A DNA stretch of 63,018 nucleotides, counting the filler, from Circinaria calcarea (lineage: Eukaryota), in the NCBI GenBank assembly GCA_051942165.1. It is 20 parts of 20 records of this genome, joined end to end, with 100 filler letters (N's around TTAATTAATTAA, not from the genome) between each part and the next. Parts side by side here need not be neighbours in the genome. Positions count along the whole stretch, not along the records: positions 1 to 3,068 come from JAVECS010003058.1; positions 3,169 to 6,236 come from JAVECS010003059.1; positions 6,337 to 9,402 come from JAVECS010003060.1; positions 9,503 to 12,567 come from JAVECS010003061.1; 16 more parts are not named here. One strand, written 5' to 3'. The position numbers and the translations under genes were made by a program. Below the pieces are notes generated by a model. That model ran no database searches. It was given only the letters and a program-made list of their open reading frames with translations, and was not told where the DNA came from. Shown one piece after another: positions 1-11,859 of the stretch (positions are counted from its first letter, which is position 1; each line of letters begins with the position of its first letter).

Positions 1-678
1 AAAGACCACGAGAGTAACGGCTGGAAACGTTGGTGGGGAGAGTAGGGAAAGGCGGTTGAGGCACAGGAGCCACAGAACGAAATTGAGTTCATGGCCTGAA
101 CCATAGTCAATGCGGGCGCGTGATCCAAAAGCATGCTGGAGGTATGTAGAGGCTTCCAATATAGCCGCTGGATCGGAAAGCTCGAGAGAATTGTGATATT
201 GTGGTAACTGTGCCGAAACTGCATCCAGAAAGTCTCGAAAAGCAGGGTTGCCAAAGCGTGAGGTACCTTGATCGGTCGGCGGATATGATTCTATAAGTGA
301 AGAGATCGCAGAGAGGATTGAGAGAATGGTGTGTATAACCGCTGGCTGAGAGTCTAGTGATATCGAAGAGATTTTAGAGTCCGTAGCAGACTCTGAAAGG
401 GCGAAGACGAAGCATAGCACGAGAGTATAACTAGAAGACCGTAGGAACACGTCATGATCTTTTGATGAAAGGATTCGCCTCGTGGGTTCAAAGAAGATAA
501 GACTAGAGCTATCTGGTGGAGCTGGTAATGGGGGTGTTTGAGGTATAGGAAGTGGATTTTGAGGGGGAGGCCGGCGTTTGCGGGGGGTCAGAGCAGGTAG
601 TCTGTTCTGAAGATTTGAAGATCTGGATAGTTCCACAGGAGCTGCGTAATCCACATTGTTTCCCGTTGCTGAAGGCAT
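1..678 (-). CDS. RRD2: PP2A phosphatase activator (PTPA family), 3'-truncated at window edge
   Basis: Manual translation from ATG at 678, absent from the ORF track because it has no stop: ...YPPTDQGTSRFGNPAFRDF...AFGSRARIDYGSGHELNFVLWLLC, the PTPA signature. The GSGHELNF variant fits RRD2/PTPA-2. Confidence 0.9.
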   Translation of the reverse strand, partial: MPSATGNNVDYAAPVELSRSSNLQNRLPALTPRKRRPPPQNPLPIPQTPPLPAPPDSSSLIFFEPTRRILSSKDHDVFLRSSSYTLVLCFVFALSESATDSKISSISLDSQPAVIHTILSILSAISSLIESYPPTDQGTSRFGNPAFRDFLDAVSAQLPQYHNSLELSDPAAILEASTYLQHAFGSRARIDYGSGHELNFVLWLLCLNRLSLLSPPTFPAVTLVVF

Positions 679-1005
679 GCTAATGGGTCCGGAGTCGAGT
701 GAAGTGGTTAATGAAGCTGTATATACTTTTGAAAACTGAAGCGGGTATACAGGGGAGCTTGGTGATAAGCACTTAGCTCCGCGCTAAGATAGCGAAGCTC
801 TCAGGTACGGAGGTGATTCTACTGTAGCTTCACTTTCTGGAATGAGCAAACCGCTTTTGAAAGGACATTTGCCTCATACAACAAAGGTCACTCTGAGCGA
901 CCTTTACCAAACTCACATTATAAAGTCCCTCTAACATTGCGCAAGAATCCTGAGTCTTCCTTTATTCTTCCTCAGAAGACTCACTTCATCACCTCGCCTA
1001 ACATC

Positions 1006-2626
1006 ATGGCTTCTTTAGAAGATCGTATTACAGCGCCCTCCGATGATCAAAAGATTGACTGGTCTGACGATAATGGTCAGCTTGATGGAGCGACTCAGGA
1101 AAACCAGGGCAGCATGATGACAGAACCTGAATTCGACGTGGAGGTCAAACTGATTGACCCAAATTCCCCACTCTTCTCTGTCAAATCTTTCGAGGAACTC
1201 GGACTGTGAGCGGAGAGCCTTCTGCCAAATGTACATAGCTAAATGTATTATAGCTCTGAAGCAATTCTGAAGGGTATCTACCAAATGAGATTTCAGCGAC
1301 CGTCCAAGATTCAGGAAAAGGCTCTGCCCCTCTTACTCTTAAATCCTCCCGTAAACATGATTGGACAATCTCAATCTGGAACAGGAAAAACCGCTGCCTT
1401 TGTGCTCAACATCCTCTCTCGTCTTGACCTCACAACTCCCGAAATGCGGAAAACCCCTCAAGCGCTATGTCTTGCTCCGACCCGCGAGCTAGCACGTCAG
1501 ATTATTGGTGTCATACAGGTAATGGGGGGCTTTATTGAAGGCCTCAGCGTTTCAGCTGCAATTCCGTCCGATTCTACTCAACGCAGGCAGAAGCTAGAAG
1601 GGCAGGTTATCGTCGGTACTCCTGGAACCACAATGGATGTTATCAAGAGACGCCAGATGGACCCCAATCACATCAAGGTACTTGTGCTTGATGAAGCCGA
1701 TAACATGCTCGATCAGCAAGGCATGGGTGACCAGTGTATCCGGGCAAAAATGTAAGCTTCAAAAGCTTGCACCTACCAAGCCATTCCTAACTGTGGGATA
1801 GAATGCTGCCTAAGGACGTCCAAGTAGTTCTATTCTCAGCCACCTTTCCCGAGAATGTCGTCCGCTACGCCGATAAATTCGCTCCGCACGCCAATCAAAT
1901 CACCTTACGTCACGAGGAGCTTACTGTGGAAGGTATCAAACAGCTGTATATGGACTGCGCATCTGAGGCAGACAAGTACGATGTCCTGGTCAAGCTCTAT
2001 GGGCTTATGACGATCGGGTCTTCTATCATTTTCGTCAAGGTAAGTGAAGCTAAGAGCTTTCTGAAGATTCTACTTCTGACATACGATAGCGCCGAGATAC
2101 TGCTGCAGAGATTGAGCGCCGGATGACGGCAGAAGGGCACAAGGTCGCTTCCCTGACCGGAGCTTATGAGGGGCAACAGCGTGATGCGATTATCGACGCC
2201 TTTCGTATGGGCCAGGCCAAGGTCCTGATCACTACCAATGTCCTTGCTCGCGGTATCGATGTCCAATCGGTCTCTATGGTGGTCAACTATGTAAGCTCCG
2301 TCGTACCTTCTGTCTCGCCACGTTCAAGACTTACCAAACTTTCCTAGGACGTTCCTGATGACGCCAAGGGCCGTCCTGACCCTCAAACTTACCTCCATCG
2401 TATCGGTCGTACCGGTCGCTTCGGACGTGTCGGTGTCTCCATCAGCTTTGTTTACGACAAGAAAAGCTGGGAGATGCTCATGCAGATCCAAAACTACTTT
2501 CAAATCGAGATGACCCGCATTGATACTTCGGACTGGGATATGGTGGAGGAGACGGTCAAGAAGGTCATCAAGAGCTCCCGGGCAGACCCGAACTTCAAGC
2601 CGCCGACCCAGGAGAATAGCATGTGA
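1006..2626 (+). CDS. DBP5: DEAD-box RNA helicase Dbp5 (mRNA export)
   Basis: Exons 1006-1205, 1254-1751, 1802-2039, 2090-2290, 2348-2626 with GT-AG introns. Motifs [42 protein letters not shown]. Confidence 0.96.
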
Positions 2627-3068
2627 GCACATATATGAAAGCGCAGATATAGGGTGTTTGTTAGAGGCTCGACGGCGATGAGCGAGGAAACTGACTTGAT
2701 TTAATGTTTGGATTACGCTGACTAGATTCTGCTCTGGGCAGGTTGTTTTGAACCGCAATGGCTGGGAATCTGCATAGCATTTTGGCGTCCAGGATTGAAG
2801 ATACCAAGGTTGACTCGGGGAAAAAGCTTCACTTATGATAGACGAGACAGATGATGCGTGCAACGGAACGGAATCAGCTAGCAAGAAGGCAGAGAAGCAG
2901 ATGGTAAAATTTCAAAACAACTACTATCCATTATTTTCATAATTAAATCCCAAACATCATACCCCATAATCATGATGAACGCCAAACTTTTCCCGTTCCC
3001 ACCTGAGCCCTTTCCCAACCCCTATGCATCAGACACCCAGCATCTCAAACCCGATACCTCTCCGACCC

Positions 3069-3168
3069 NNNNNNNNNNNNNNNNNNNNNNNNNNNNNNNN
3101 NNNNNNNNNNNNTTAATTAATTAANNNNNNNNNNNNNNNNNNNNNNNNNNNNNNNNNNNNNNNNNNNN
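3069..3168. other. Artificial contig linker N44-TTAATTAATTAA-N44 (first of 19)
   Basis: Identical 100-bp spacers with six-frame stops also begin at 6237, 9403, 12568, 15732, 18895, 22056, 25215, 28374, 31532, 34690, 37847, 41000, 44150, 47300, 50446, 53591, 56735 and 59877. Confidence 0.99.
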
Positions 3169-3274
3169 GAAAGGAAAGGAAAGGAAAGGAAAGGAAAGGA
3201 AAGGAAAGGAAAGGAAAGGAAAGGAAAGGAAAGGAAAGGAAAGGAAAGGAAATGAAAGGAAAGGAAAGGAAAGG
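3169..3274 (+). repeat. (GAAAG)n pentanucleotide microsatellite at contig end
   Basis: About 21 near-perfect GAAAG units, read directly. Confidence 0.97.
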
Positions 3275-3377
3275 CCGTATAAGTTTTTCCTGTGGGGTAT
3301 CTGGTAGAATATATCTATCGTGCACACCTTATCTCCCCATATCCAGCACGCGTACGTGCTCTCCAACCCCCGGAATC

Positions 3378-6118
3378 CTACTCGTCCTCCTCATCCTCGC
3401 CGGCAACATCCTTCGCTTCCCCTCCTCCCGTCCCCTCTACTTTCCCCTTATCCCCCTGCTTCCACCACAAGCCGGCTAGAAACTCCGACGTCGACGCCTC
3501 CTCGATCCCCTTATCCTCCCTGACCTTCAGAAAGCGCGGGAACCGCATACTCAAGCCCCGCTCCTCGCTGACCAAGCCCATCGCGGCCGGGTACGTCGGA
3601 CTGAGCGTGATATCCGCAAAAGCCATCTCCCACACCTCCTGCGGCTCAAACCACACATCCGGCGTGCCGGCATACTCGACATAGCCCGGCCGCGGGATCA
3701 CGTTCGCGCTGCCCTCGCCATACTTTTCTTTGTTGGCGGCGTAGAATTTGTCTGTGAAGCCGGAGATGCATTTCGTGACAGCTTCGAGGGAGCCCGTGGC
3801 GGGGTTGCGGACGGCGAGGAGGATGGGTGACCACCATTTGGCTTTGCGACCTTGGCCGTGCCAGGCGGCGATGGGGATGAGGTCGAGGGTGTCGAAGGAG
3901 GTATTATAGTCTTTTTTCACCTTGAGCCAGGAGTCGAGGCGTTTGTCGGGTTCGTAGGTGGCGAGGAGGGCTTTGCGGCGGGCGCCGGCGCCTTTTTCTT
4001 TGTCTTTTTCTTTTTCAGAGGGATTGAGCTTTTCGTTAGTGTTTGATTTGGACTTTGATTTTCCTCTCTTTTGGGGTTTGGAAGGGGTAGGTGGTGGTTG
4101 AGGCAGTGGTTGATCGGTAGATAGTTGGTCGTCTTCAATAGAGGTTTGGAGATCCGGGTTGGGGACGTTGTCAAGGACTTTAACCATGATGCCTTCGCAT
4201 TTGATGTCGGTTGCGCATTTGAAGAATTCTAATACGGTGTCGGAGTCGGCAGATGTGGCGTCGATGCTCTTTACCCATGTGAATCGATTGGGGACTTCGA
4301 CAAAGAGGCTGCGAAGCAGACCTCGCCTTTCACGGAATGGTCTGTCGAGGAGCTCTTCGCCATTCAAATACATGAGATCGAATGAGAAAAGACAGACGTC
4401 GACTTTGATTGCACTGATTGCTACGTCTTTCCTTGCTCGGTTGGTAAGAGTTTGAAAAGCTTTCAATTCTCCAGAGTCTCGATCGACCGCGACAACCTCG
4501 CCCTCGAGTATGAAGCTGCTGACACCTTCGCCGCGTATTTTGGGTACCAGTGCTACCAGATCTGGATATTTGTCCGTCATGACTTCTAAATGGCGGGAGA
4601 ATATAGATACCTTTCCCTTTTCGTCGCAGTGCACCTGTGCGCGCTGGCCGTCGTATTTGTATTCGCAGCCAAAGTCCCGGCCTTGAAGTTTGGTAAGCAT
4701 CTCACTTAGATCTCGAGTGATGCTACCCAACATAGGTCTCAACGGTATATGAAGGGCAAGCCCGCAACGCAAAAGAAGCTCGTCATCTATGCCGACTTCC
4801 AACAAGCATGGAACAAGATCATTGTAATTCGGACGACGTGCAAAACAAGCCTTGACTAATTCTTCGCCCCTGGAGTACGTCTCTGCTAATACTTCTTTCT
4901 TCAGCTTCGCCAAATCTGACTGCAAGCGGAGTGAAAATGTAGCATTGGGCGGCCTCGAAAGTAGGAATGCACGTGATAACGCTATTAGCATCGTTGTCTT
5001 GACAGCCCCTATGCGTAAATGCTGACATAGGGTTCGAACGATATATCTACTTTCCTCGGCACCTTGTGCATCTTGAAGCAGCCTCTCAACGATACGCTGC
5101 TTGAACTCCTGACTACCGTTGCCTTTGCTATTCGCGATCTTCACGAGACTTGTATAAACGCTTTTGATGGATAAGGGCTTGGGCTTTCGTAATGTGAAGC
5201 TCTGTCGCTTTTTCGCCTCAAAAGCTACATCTCCCGCATCCCCGTGTTTATCATACAAAGTCTTCAAGCCCGCATTGTCGAGACCGCAGACCTTCTTTAG
5301 TGCTTTCGATATTGCAGACCCCCCAAGCCCAAGCTCTAGCGAAATATAAGGTGGAGAAATGGAGTTTGTAGCTAGCCAGACCTAGGAGATCTTAGCAGGT
5401 ATATTCAATTGAATCGAAGAGAATACCGTACAGTTGGTAGTAGACTATCCGGGTCACCTTCGATGATCGTCCGAAGCAGGTTCACTAGAGTGTCGACAAT
5501 CTTTATACGGCTTTGAGTACTATTTACAAGGATAAAACATCTTGTAAGGAGACCGTAAGGAGCGTCGCCGCCTTCTGTTGCCCAGTGCTTCTTAAGACTT
5601 GGCAAGTACTGCGATGTGTCGAACGTTAAGGGACTTTCGTCAAAGGGTATGGTTGTAGAGACGCTGTCTTCCGACGAAGCAGCTGACTGTAAAGATAAAG
5701 TTGTATGATCCCCTAAAGATATAGGTTTTGGAGAGGTAGTTGCTGGTATACTTGAATCCAGTTGCCGATACTCTCTTATAGAGTTGGAGTCCTCCGCCGT
5801 GTCCGCATTTCCCCCTTGTACTGCAAATGACCCTGACGCGTCCGCTCCATTCACTGGCTTGCGGTCTTCTTCGTTCCACTCGTCTTGCAATTGACGCGCA
5901 AGTTCCTCGTCCGTGAGAGCTTCAGGGGCAGCATTTTTAAGTAAATCTGTTACAGGTTCGACCTCGTCGCGACTCTTGTAATGTTTGGACGCATTTACCT
6001 TCTGTGCTTTGAGATCCTGTTCCTGTCTCTGTTTGCCAAAGAAGAAATCCAGGCTTCGTACTGTCTGCGGTGAGGATTGAGAGTCATTCTTCTTCCTGCG
6101 CTTAGCCGGTGTCGACAT
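3378..6118 (-). CDS. ATP-dependent DNA ligase I family protein (second fungal paralog, S. pombe Adl1-like rather than Cdc9)
   Basis: Exons 6118-5432 and 5381-3378 (intron GTACGG...CTAG). Motifs EYKYDGQR, EGIMVK, WLKVKKDY, SMRFPRF. N-terminus has an NLS (PAKRRKK) and a PIP-like RSLDFFF. Paralog assignment is recalled from the IPLRPMLGSITRDL variant. Confidence 0.92.
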
Positions 6119-6336
6119 CTCCGAGTGAGGCTACGGCTTCGCCCAGCATAACAAAATTATAGGATATAGGATCAGAGCAGCTCTACTTCGTGTCCAAACA
6201 AAGCTGGAGTTGCCCTAAAAACGTCATCGTCCCAATNNNNNNNNNNNNNNNNNNNNNNNNNNNNNNNNNNNNNNNNNNNNTTAATTAATTAANNNNNNNN
6301 NNNNNNNNNNNNNNNNNNNNNNNNNNNNNNNNNNNN

Positions 6337-6672
6337 TCTTCCTCTCCCGAATGGTCCCAGCATCGCAAATTGATTGATACCCTTTCCGCCGCCAAGAAGG
6401 GGTTGGGGAAGAATGCGTTCCGACGGAGTCTAGTGAAGCAAGCACCCTATTTCCATGTTTGGTTTGAGCTCGATGGCGGTATGGGACATGTGGTTGAGGA
6501 GGGATGGCCTGGAGGAGATCGCTTTGCGAGGGAGGTTTTGGGAGGGATGTTAGGGGTGGATGTGGGCGTTGTGAGAGCAAAGGGGAGGTGGGAGAAGGGA
6601 GATCGGAGGGTGGAGAGTTTCAGGAAGGGATGGGAGAAGTGGGACTGGACGAAGGTGCTGTTGGACGGGTGA
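6337..6672 (+). CDS. CWF19: Cwf19/CwfJ C-terminal fragment (spliceosome disassembly factor), 5'-truncated
   Basis: EWSQHRKLIDT...PYFHVWFELDGGMGHVVE...FAREVLGGML...WEKWDWTKVL* matches the CwfJ C-terminus. Confidence 0.85.
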   Translation, partial: SSSPEWSQHRKLIDTLSAAKKGLGKNAFRRSLVKQAPYFHVWFELDGGMGHVVEEGWPGGDRFAREVLGGMLGVDVGVVRAKGRWEKGDRRVESFRKGWEKWDWTKVLLDG

Positions 6673-6922
6673 GGAGGGTGATTGTGGTATCCATGGAGGT
6701 TAGCTTTGTAACAAACTGTGCGTGCACCCAGAAAAGATAGTTGCTACGAATAGGCTACAAACTAGTCTTCTCTACCAATGTATAGGAGTGGGTCTCCAGA
6801 CAAACAAGTCCAAACACACCAAGCTTGTAGTAGGATTGTGATAGCAACTCGCAGACACAAATCTTTAGGCCCCCAACATGCTACTCTATCCATGGTTGAC
6901 CAGTAAATATTTTAATGAAGGG

Positions 6923-7148
6923 AGCTCCATCACATGGCTGACGTCTAACTCCAGGCCAATGGTGAAGTTACGATAGCTCCGTCACTTGTTTGGTATTTGG
7001 TTCTAGGCCAATAGTGAAATTACGGTAGCTCCGTCACATGCCTGACGTCTGGTTCCAGACTCATGATGAAGTGGAGATTGAGGTTACACAATGAGTCTTT
7101 GTATACGGATGAAGTAAAAATCAAGGTCCCACAATGAGTCATCTACGA
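6923..7148 (+). repeat. Degenerate minisatellites: 3 x 52 bp followed by 2 x 43 bp
   Basis: AGCTCCRTCAC... units start at 6923, 6975 and 7027; GATGAAGT...CACAATGAGTC units start at 7065 and 7108. Confidence 0.8.
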
Positions 7149-7397
7149 GCCGTCCGTGCGCACTGGAGGAAACAAAAAGGAGGTCCCTCCCCGGGCTTCC
7201 CCCAGCTTTCATACACATTCGAATAGCACAACTTGATTCGATATCGATACCTTCCACAAGCATAGATCACCTTCCACAAGCCTAATAGTTCTTCCATATC
7301 AATCGTACCATCTCACTAGGAGGTTGCCTCTTTGCCTGCATCATCTCGTTTGGTCTCTATAGTCCTACCCGTCCTAGCTGGAAGCTTTGCCGAGAGA

Positions 7398-9402
7398 ATG
7401 GCTTTCCCACCACCAACTACCTTCCGGGAATCGGGGGGGATCTTGTCGCCTCCTCCATCCCCACGAAAAAGGCGACAGCTCTTAAGAGAATCGGAAGATT
7501 CAGACGGAGAAATGAGCATTGAGAACTATGTTTACTGCTGTGATAGTTTTCGGTCAAGTTCTGCCCCCTTTCGTCTTCCTCATCCTCTAAAAATGGAGCC
7601 ATTGGATACTGAAATCTATGAGCATTGGAATGCAGTGGGAGTTCCCCTCCGACCTAAAGTTACCGAAATCCTTAAGTCTTACAACGTACAGCACATCAGG
7701 TGGCGGCTCCGAGCATGCAACTTGTCCAAACCGGGATACCCCAATGGCGCACTAAAGATTCCTACCGTAAGAGTTGAGCTTGAAGGTTCAAAGGGGAGGA
7801 ATTTTGGAGTCGCCAGGGATGCCATTCTTCATCTGCTCAGGCAACATGGTCTCAGTGAATTTCACGTGGAACTTATCGACCTTGAGCGTTACTTCGAACC
7901 TTCACTCTTCCCCCTTGGTCCAGAACGTGCAAGTGTGAAGTTCTACAATGCTATCAGAGATGAGCTTGCTGCGCTTATATCCCTGAGGCTGAAGTTGCGA
8001 TGGTCTGCTATGTGCATCTTCCTGGTTGGGAAGACAGAGAATTTAGCAAGACCAACCATCGTCGTCATGGTAATACCCCTTACTATCTACAACTGGAACA
8101 GTCTCACTGCGGAAATGAACGCAATAATCCGGCCTAGATTACCCCCCGGTGAATCTCTAGGAATTGAATTCCTGCCTGGAGACCGTGGCCTGCTGACCGG
8201 CGAACGTGAGGAGCCTCATGGTAAGTCATTTGCTAATGGAGAATTCAAGTATTTATCGCCTGGCAGCAGCATGGGCATTATCAATGGGACAGGTGGTGGA
8301 ACAGTGGGAGGCTTTGTTGATCTGACTTGCAACGGTGTCACTCGTCGTGGAATCCTCACGAATTATCATGTCGTTGCACCATTAGAGTCGGCTCCTGCAC
8401 AAGTCCGACGACAGGCCGATAGATATGGATCAAGCGTCTTCCGTCAAGACCCAACTAGGACAACAGCCATCTTTATGGCGCTCCCGGATATAGCTGCGAC
8501 TCGGAAGGATCTGGAGAGAACAGCTGCTATACTTATGAAGGACTCGGGGGAGATCCGAGAGGAACAAAGACTTAGGACAGCCGCAGGAGCTAGACCCTTG
8601 GAGATGCATGAAAGCGAGCTGCGAAGAATGGGAACACAGCTTTACCAAAGGACGAATAAGCTGAACGCGTTGGAAAAGATGCCTTACATGGTAGGGAATG
8701 TTCTCGTCTCCTCAGGCAAGCTCATGATTAGCCCTCGAGTCGACACGAGTATCTTCCTTGATTGGGCTTTCATTGAACTATCCACGGATGTTCCTCTACA
8801 ACAACGTCGCAATGAACTTCCAAAGGCATCGAGTGCGGGATTATATGGCAAGAACCCACTGGATTATGGCGTCAATAAAGTTTATGCTGGGGATGGAGCG
8901 ACTATTCCAGTCCGAGGCTTTTCGAAAATTGAACCAGGAGAATGGTACTTCAAGAATGGTCGAACTACCGGCATAACTACCGGCATCTGTCACGGCACAG
9001 AGCTTTACTCTCCCCGAAGTGGGAATGATCTTGTGCGGTACGACGCAGAAGGTAAAGAGGTCAAGGTCACAAACGGCATCACGAAAGAATGGGTTATCCT
9101 AAACAGACGACTTCATAGCGTTAGCACACAAAACGATTTCTGCATGCAAGGGGACTCCGGCGCTTTCGTTATCAACAGCCGGGGCGAGGTTGCCGGTCTG
9201 TTGTATGGTTATCTGCATGGATTTTGTGGACCTCCCTCTGAGGATTCCGAAGAAGGTAGAACCTACGTCAACGCCGGCCTGGTAACGTCGATGGATGATG
9301 TGTTGGCCTCTATCGCGGATAAGACAACACCCCGAGACGGCAACCAACGACCGACAGGCCCGCCTGGAGTTCTGAGTCTACCAAGTTGGCCAATGATAAT
9401 AG
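7398..9402 (+). CDS. Intronless trypsin/chymotrypsin-fold (PA clan) serine protease-like protein, 3'-truncated
   Basis: Single long ORF with GGGTVGGFV, LTNYHVV (His, 8367), LDWAFIE (Asp, 8760), KNGRTTGITTG and GDSGA (Ser, 9156). No obvious signal peptide. Confidence 0.8.
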
Positions 9403-9663
9403 NNNNNNNNNNNNNNNNNNNNNNNNNNNNNNNNNNNNNNNNNNNNTTAATTAATTAANNNNNNNNNNNNNNNNNNNNNNNNNNNNNNNNNNNNNNNNNN
9501 NNTAGAGACAGATCCTCCCAAACCGATATAAACCTGCAGCTGTCTAAATGCGACCCATAGAAATTCCCTTCCCCTAGATTAATACTTTCCAGCTCGGTTT
9601 GTGTTGCGCGTAGTGTACTGTGGTATTATGGACCCAAAAAAAAGGGCCCCTCCCCCCAAAAAA

Positions 9664-9785
9664 ACATACAACAGCTGAGTATTCGCTGGCGGTCACCCAC
9701 CCAACTACTAATCAGCCGATCTCAAGCTTATGGATGGCAGAGCGGGACGGGATGCCCAGTTCTTCTGGAGTCTATGGTCGTATGT
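9664..9785 (-). rRNA. Dispersed 5S rRNA gene
   Basis: Reverse complement ACATACGACCATAG...CATCCCGTCCCGCTCTGCC...TTAGTAGTTGGGTGGGTGACC...GAATACTCAGCTGTTGTATGT. Terminal helix I pairs, and an oligo-T terminator follows. Confidence 0.93.
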
Positions 9786-10256
9786 GATGGAATAAATTCA
9801 TATTAGAGGACATATATCAGTTAATTTTCCTCCTGGATTTCGGTGACGTGAGATAAGGGCCTGGGCCTACGAGCAGGGATAAGAGTAAGATGGGTGACTG
9901 GTTGGAGATTATTGCATTGATTAGCCTCTCTGGGTAGATTTGCTAGGTGATTACCCAGTTGAAATACTTTAGGCTACTAAGTTTCGAATAACCTGAAAGG
10001 ATTTGAGGTTGACCATGGTATGGTACTTCGTATACGCCTGAGGCAATAGTGTCCTCGGCAAGATTCGGGCTGCAAGGATAGGAAAAGGAGCAAAACTGGG
10101 ACTCTCATCCAGGGCCGCCAGTAGTCCAGCAGTCCAAACTGAATTGGCAGTCCAGTACAGTATACTGGACCGAACTGGCAGTTCCAGTCCACCCTTCAGA
10201 CTGCCGAGGCAGTTACAGTTCAGACGCTGGACTGCGCTGTTTGGACTGCTGGCGGC

Positions 10257-10337
10257 GCTGGTGGTCACCCACCCAATTACTAGTTAGTCGACCTCAAGCT
10301 TATATATAGCAGAGCGGACAGGATGCCCAGTGCTCTC
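10257..10337 (-). pseudogene. Truncated, diverged 5S rRNA pseudogene
   Basis: Aligns to 9685-9765 of the intact copy, mostly by transitions; both ends are missing. Confidence 0.85.
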
Positions 10338-10417
10338 AAATTTTAATTTATGCTATTGGTTCTTTCCCTGCTTGTTATTGCTTTTATTATCATGCGTTGC
10401 ACGGGCTCAATATAATA

Positions 10418-11295
10418 CTATAGAAAGTATAAAACGGTATACCAAAACACAAAGATAAGAAAAACTCCATTCCAAGCCTTTAACCTGCTAGCAATGCTGG
10501 AAGACGCTGATGCAGTTACAGTGACTGTTGCAATTGACTCCGCGGTTTTTGTAGGTGTAGATGTGACACTAGCTCCGGGCGGTTGGGTTATCGTTATTGA
10601 TTTTGTAGGCAAATCAGTAGATGCTGTTGTAGATATATCAGCTTTACATTGATTTGATAGCGAAGGACGATAAACTACCTGCAGACTCGGACACCAGCAC
10701 CGTGATGGTGGAAGCGCCTCCAGCGGTCGTAGAGGTGATAGAGGAAGCCGCCGGTGACCCAGTATCGGAGATACAATTTCCCACGCAAAAGGGATTCTGG
10801 ACATAATTGAAGGTCAAGATACCATCGCTGGGATTGTTATTACCCTCGTCCACAAAATGAATAGGAACACTGCCGCAGGTCGTACAGCCATGTTTCAGAA
10901 CGGCGTCTGTCAGCGGACGGATTTGTCCCAAGGTAAGAGCAGTGCCTTGCGGGAAAAGACAGATGCCGCCTTCCTTGATATTGCCGCTCAGGCTGAAGAT
11001 GACGCCCAAGCCACCGATATCGGGTCCTATCCCTATGGTGATGGGCTGCGACTGGGATACGCAGATGATATGATCGCCACTGTTGTAATTGGTAGCATTG
11101 GGAAATATCGAGTTCCAGACCGCGTCCTGGGAGGACCTGGATCACGGATTCAGAGGCTGCGTTGTTCCACGTCGCACGTGGGCACAGGCCGGATCCACGA
11201 CAGTTGATGCCGAGGGTGGAGACACGGCCAACATGGACGATGGTGATGGCAAGAATGCGGGACACCGTCGAACGAAAGAATAAACCTGTTACCAT
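10418..11295 (-). CDS. KP4 killer-toxin-domain protein with Ser/Thr-rich stalk and hydrophobic C-terminus; one frameshift
   Basis: Signal-like N-terminus then LGINCRGSGLC...GDHIIC...GGICLFPQ...HGCTTCGSVP...GILTFNYV, which are KP4 motifs. A +1 base in the GGG run at 11129-11131 shifts the frame. Intron 10678-10624 joins the S/T-rich last exon in frame. Confidence 0.85.
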
Positions 11296-11859
11296 TGCGG
11301 AATCATGAACAGCTAAGATGGCGCGGGGTGTACTATGAACAATTAGAATGTCGCTACAAGGCTACAGAATTGTATCGAAACAAATTATTATCGTCGGGTT
11401 ACACTGCATAAAAAGTTACTAGTAATAATTATATCGCGCGGAGCGACGTGAATAGAGCGTGTGTTTTGCTCTATATTCTCAGCCATCCCCTGATTGTTAT
11501 CCCATATACACATAGAAAGGAGGTGCATTACAAGGAGGGCGCTACGTCTTCAACAAACTGCACGGTATGAACCGGAATATATATATGGATAAGTGTTATT
11601 GAAATACTATGATGATGTTATGAAATACATGTATGCGTAGTAAGTGAAGAGTCGAGAGAGTGTATATGGGAGAATGCTTGGGGGATCGCGGAGATATGGA
11701 GCCAAAGGCGCGCCAATCAGCGCTGTTTCGCCGCCATTTTCTCCCATCATAATATTCGCTTGTTTTGGGCTGGTTCGGCAACGCCGGTTTTCAGTACCCA
11801 AGGTATTCTATTTTTTGCAATTTTCGGCGTAGCCGACTCTCACTCAGCTTTATCACAGT

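Noticed and set aside
3113..3124. Recurrent TTAATTAATTAA at ~3.15 kb spacing
   Set aside because: Artificial linker inside N runs; ORFs crossing it (XXX...LIN) are artefacts.
3113..3366. ORFs with FPFLS repeats
   Set aside because: Translation of the GAAAG microsatellite.
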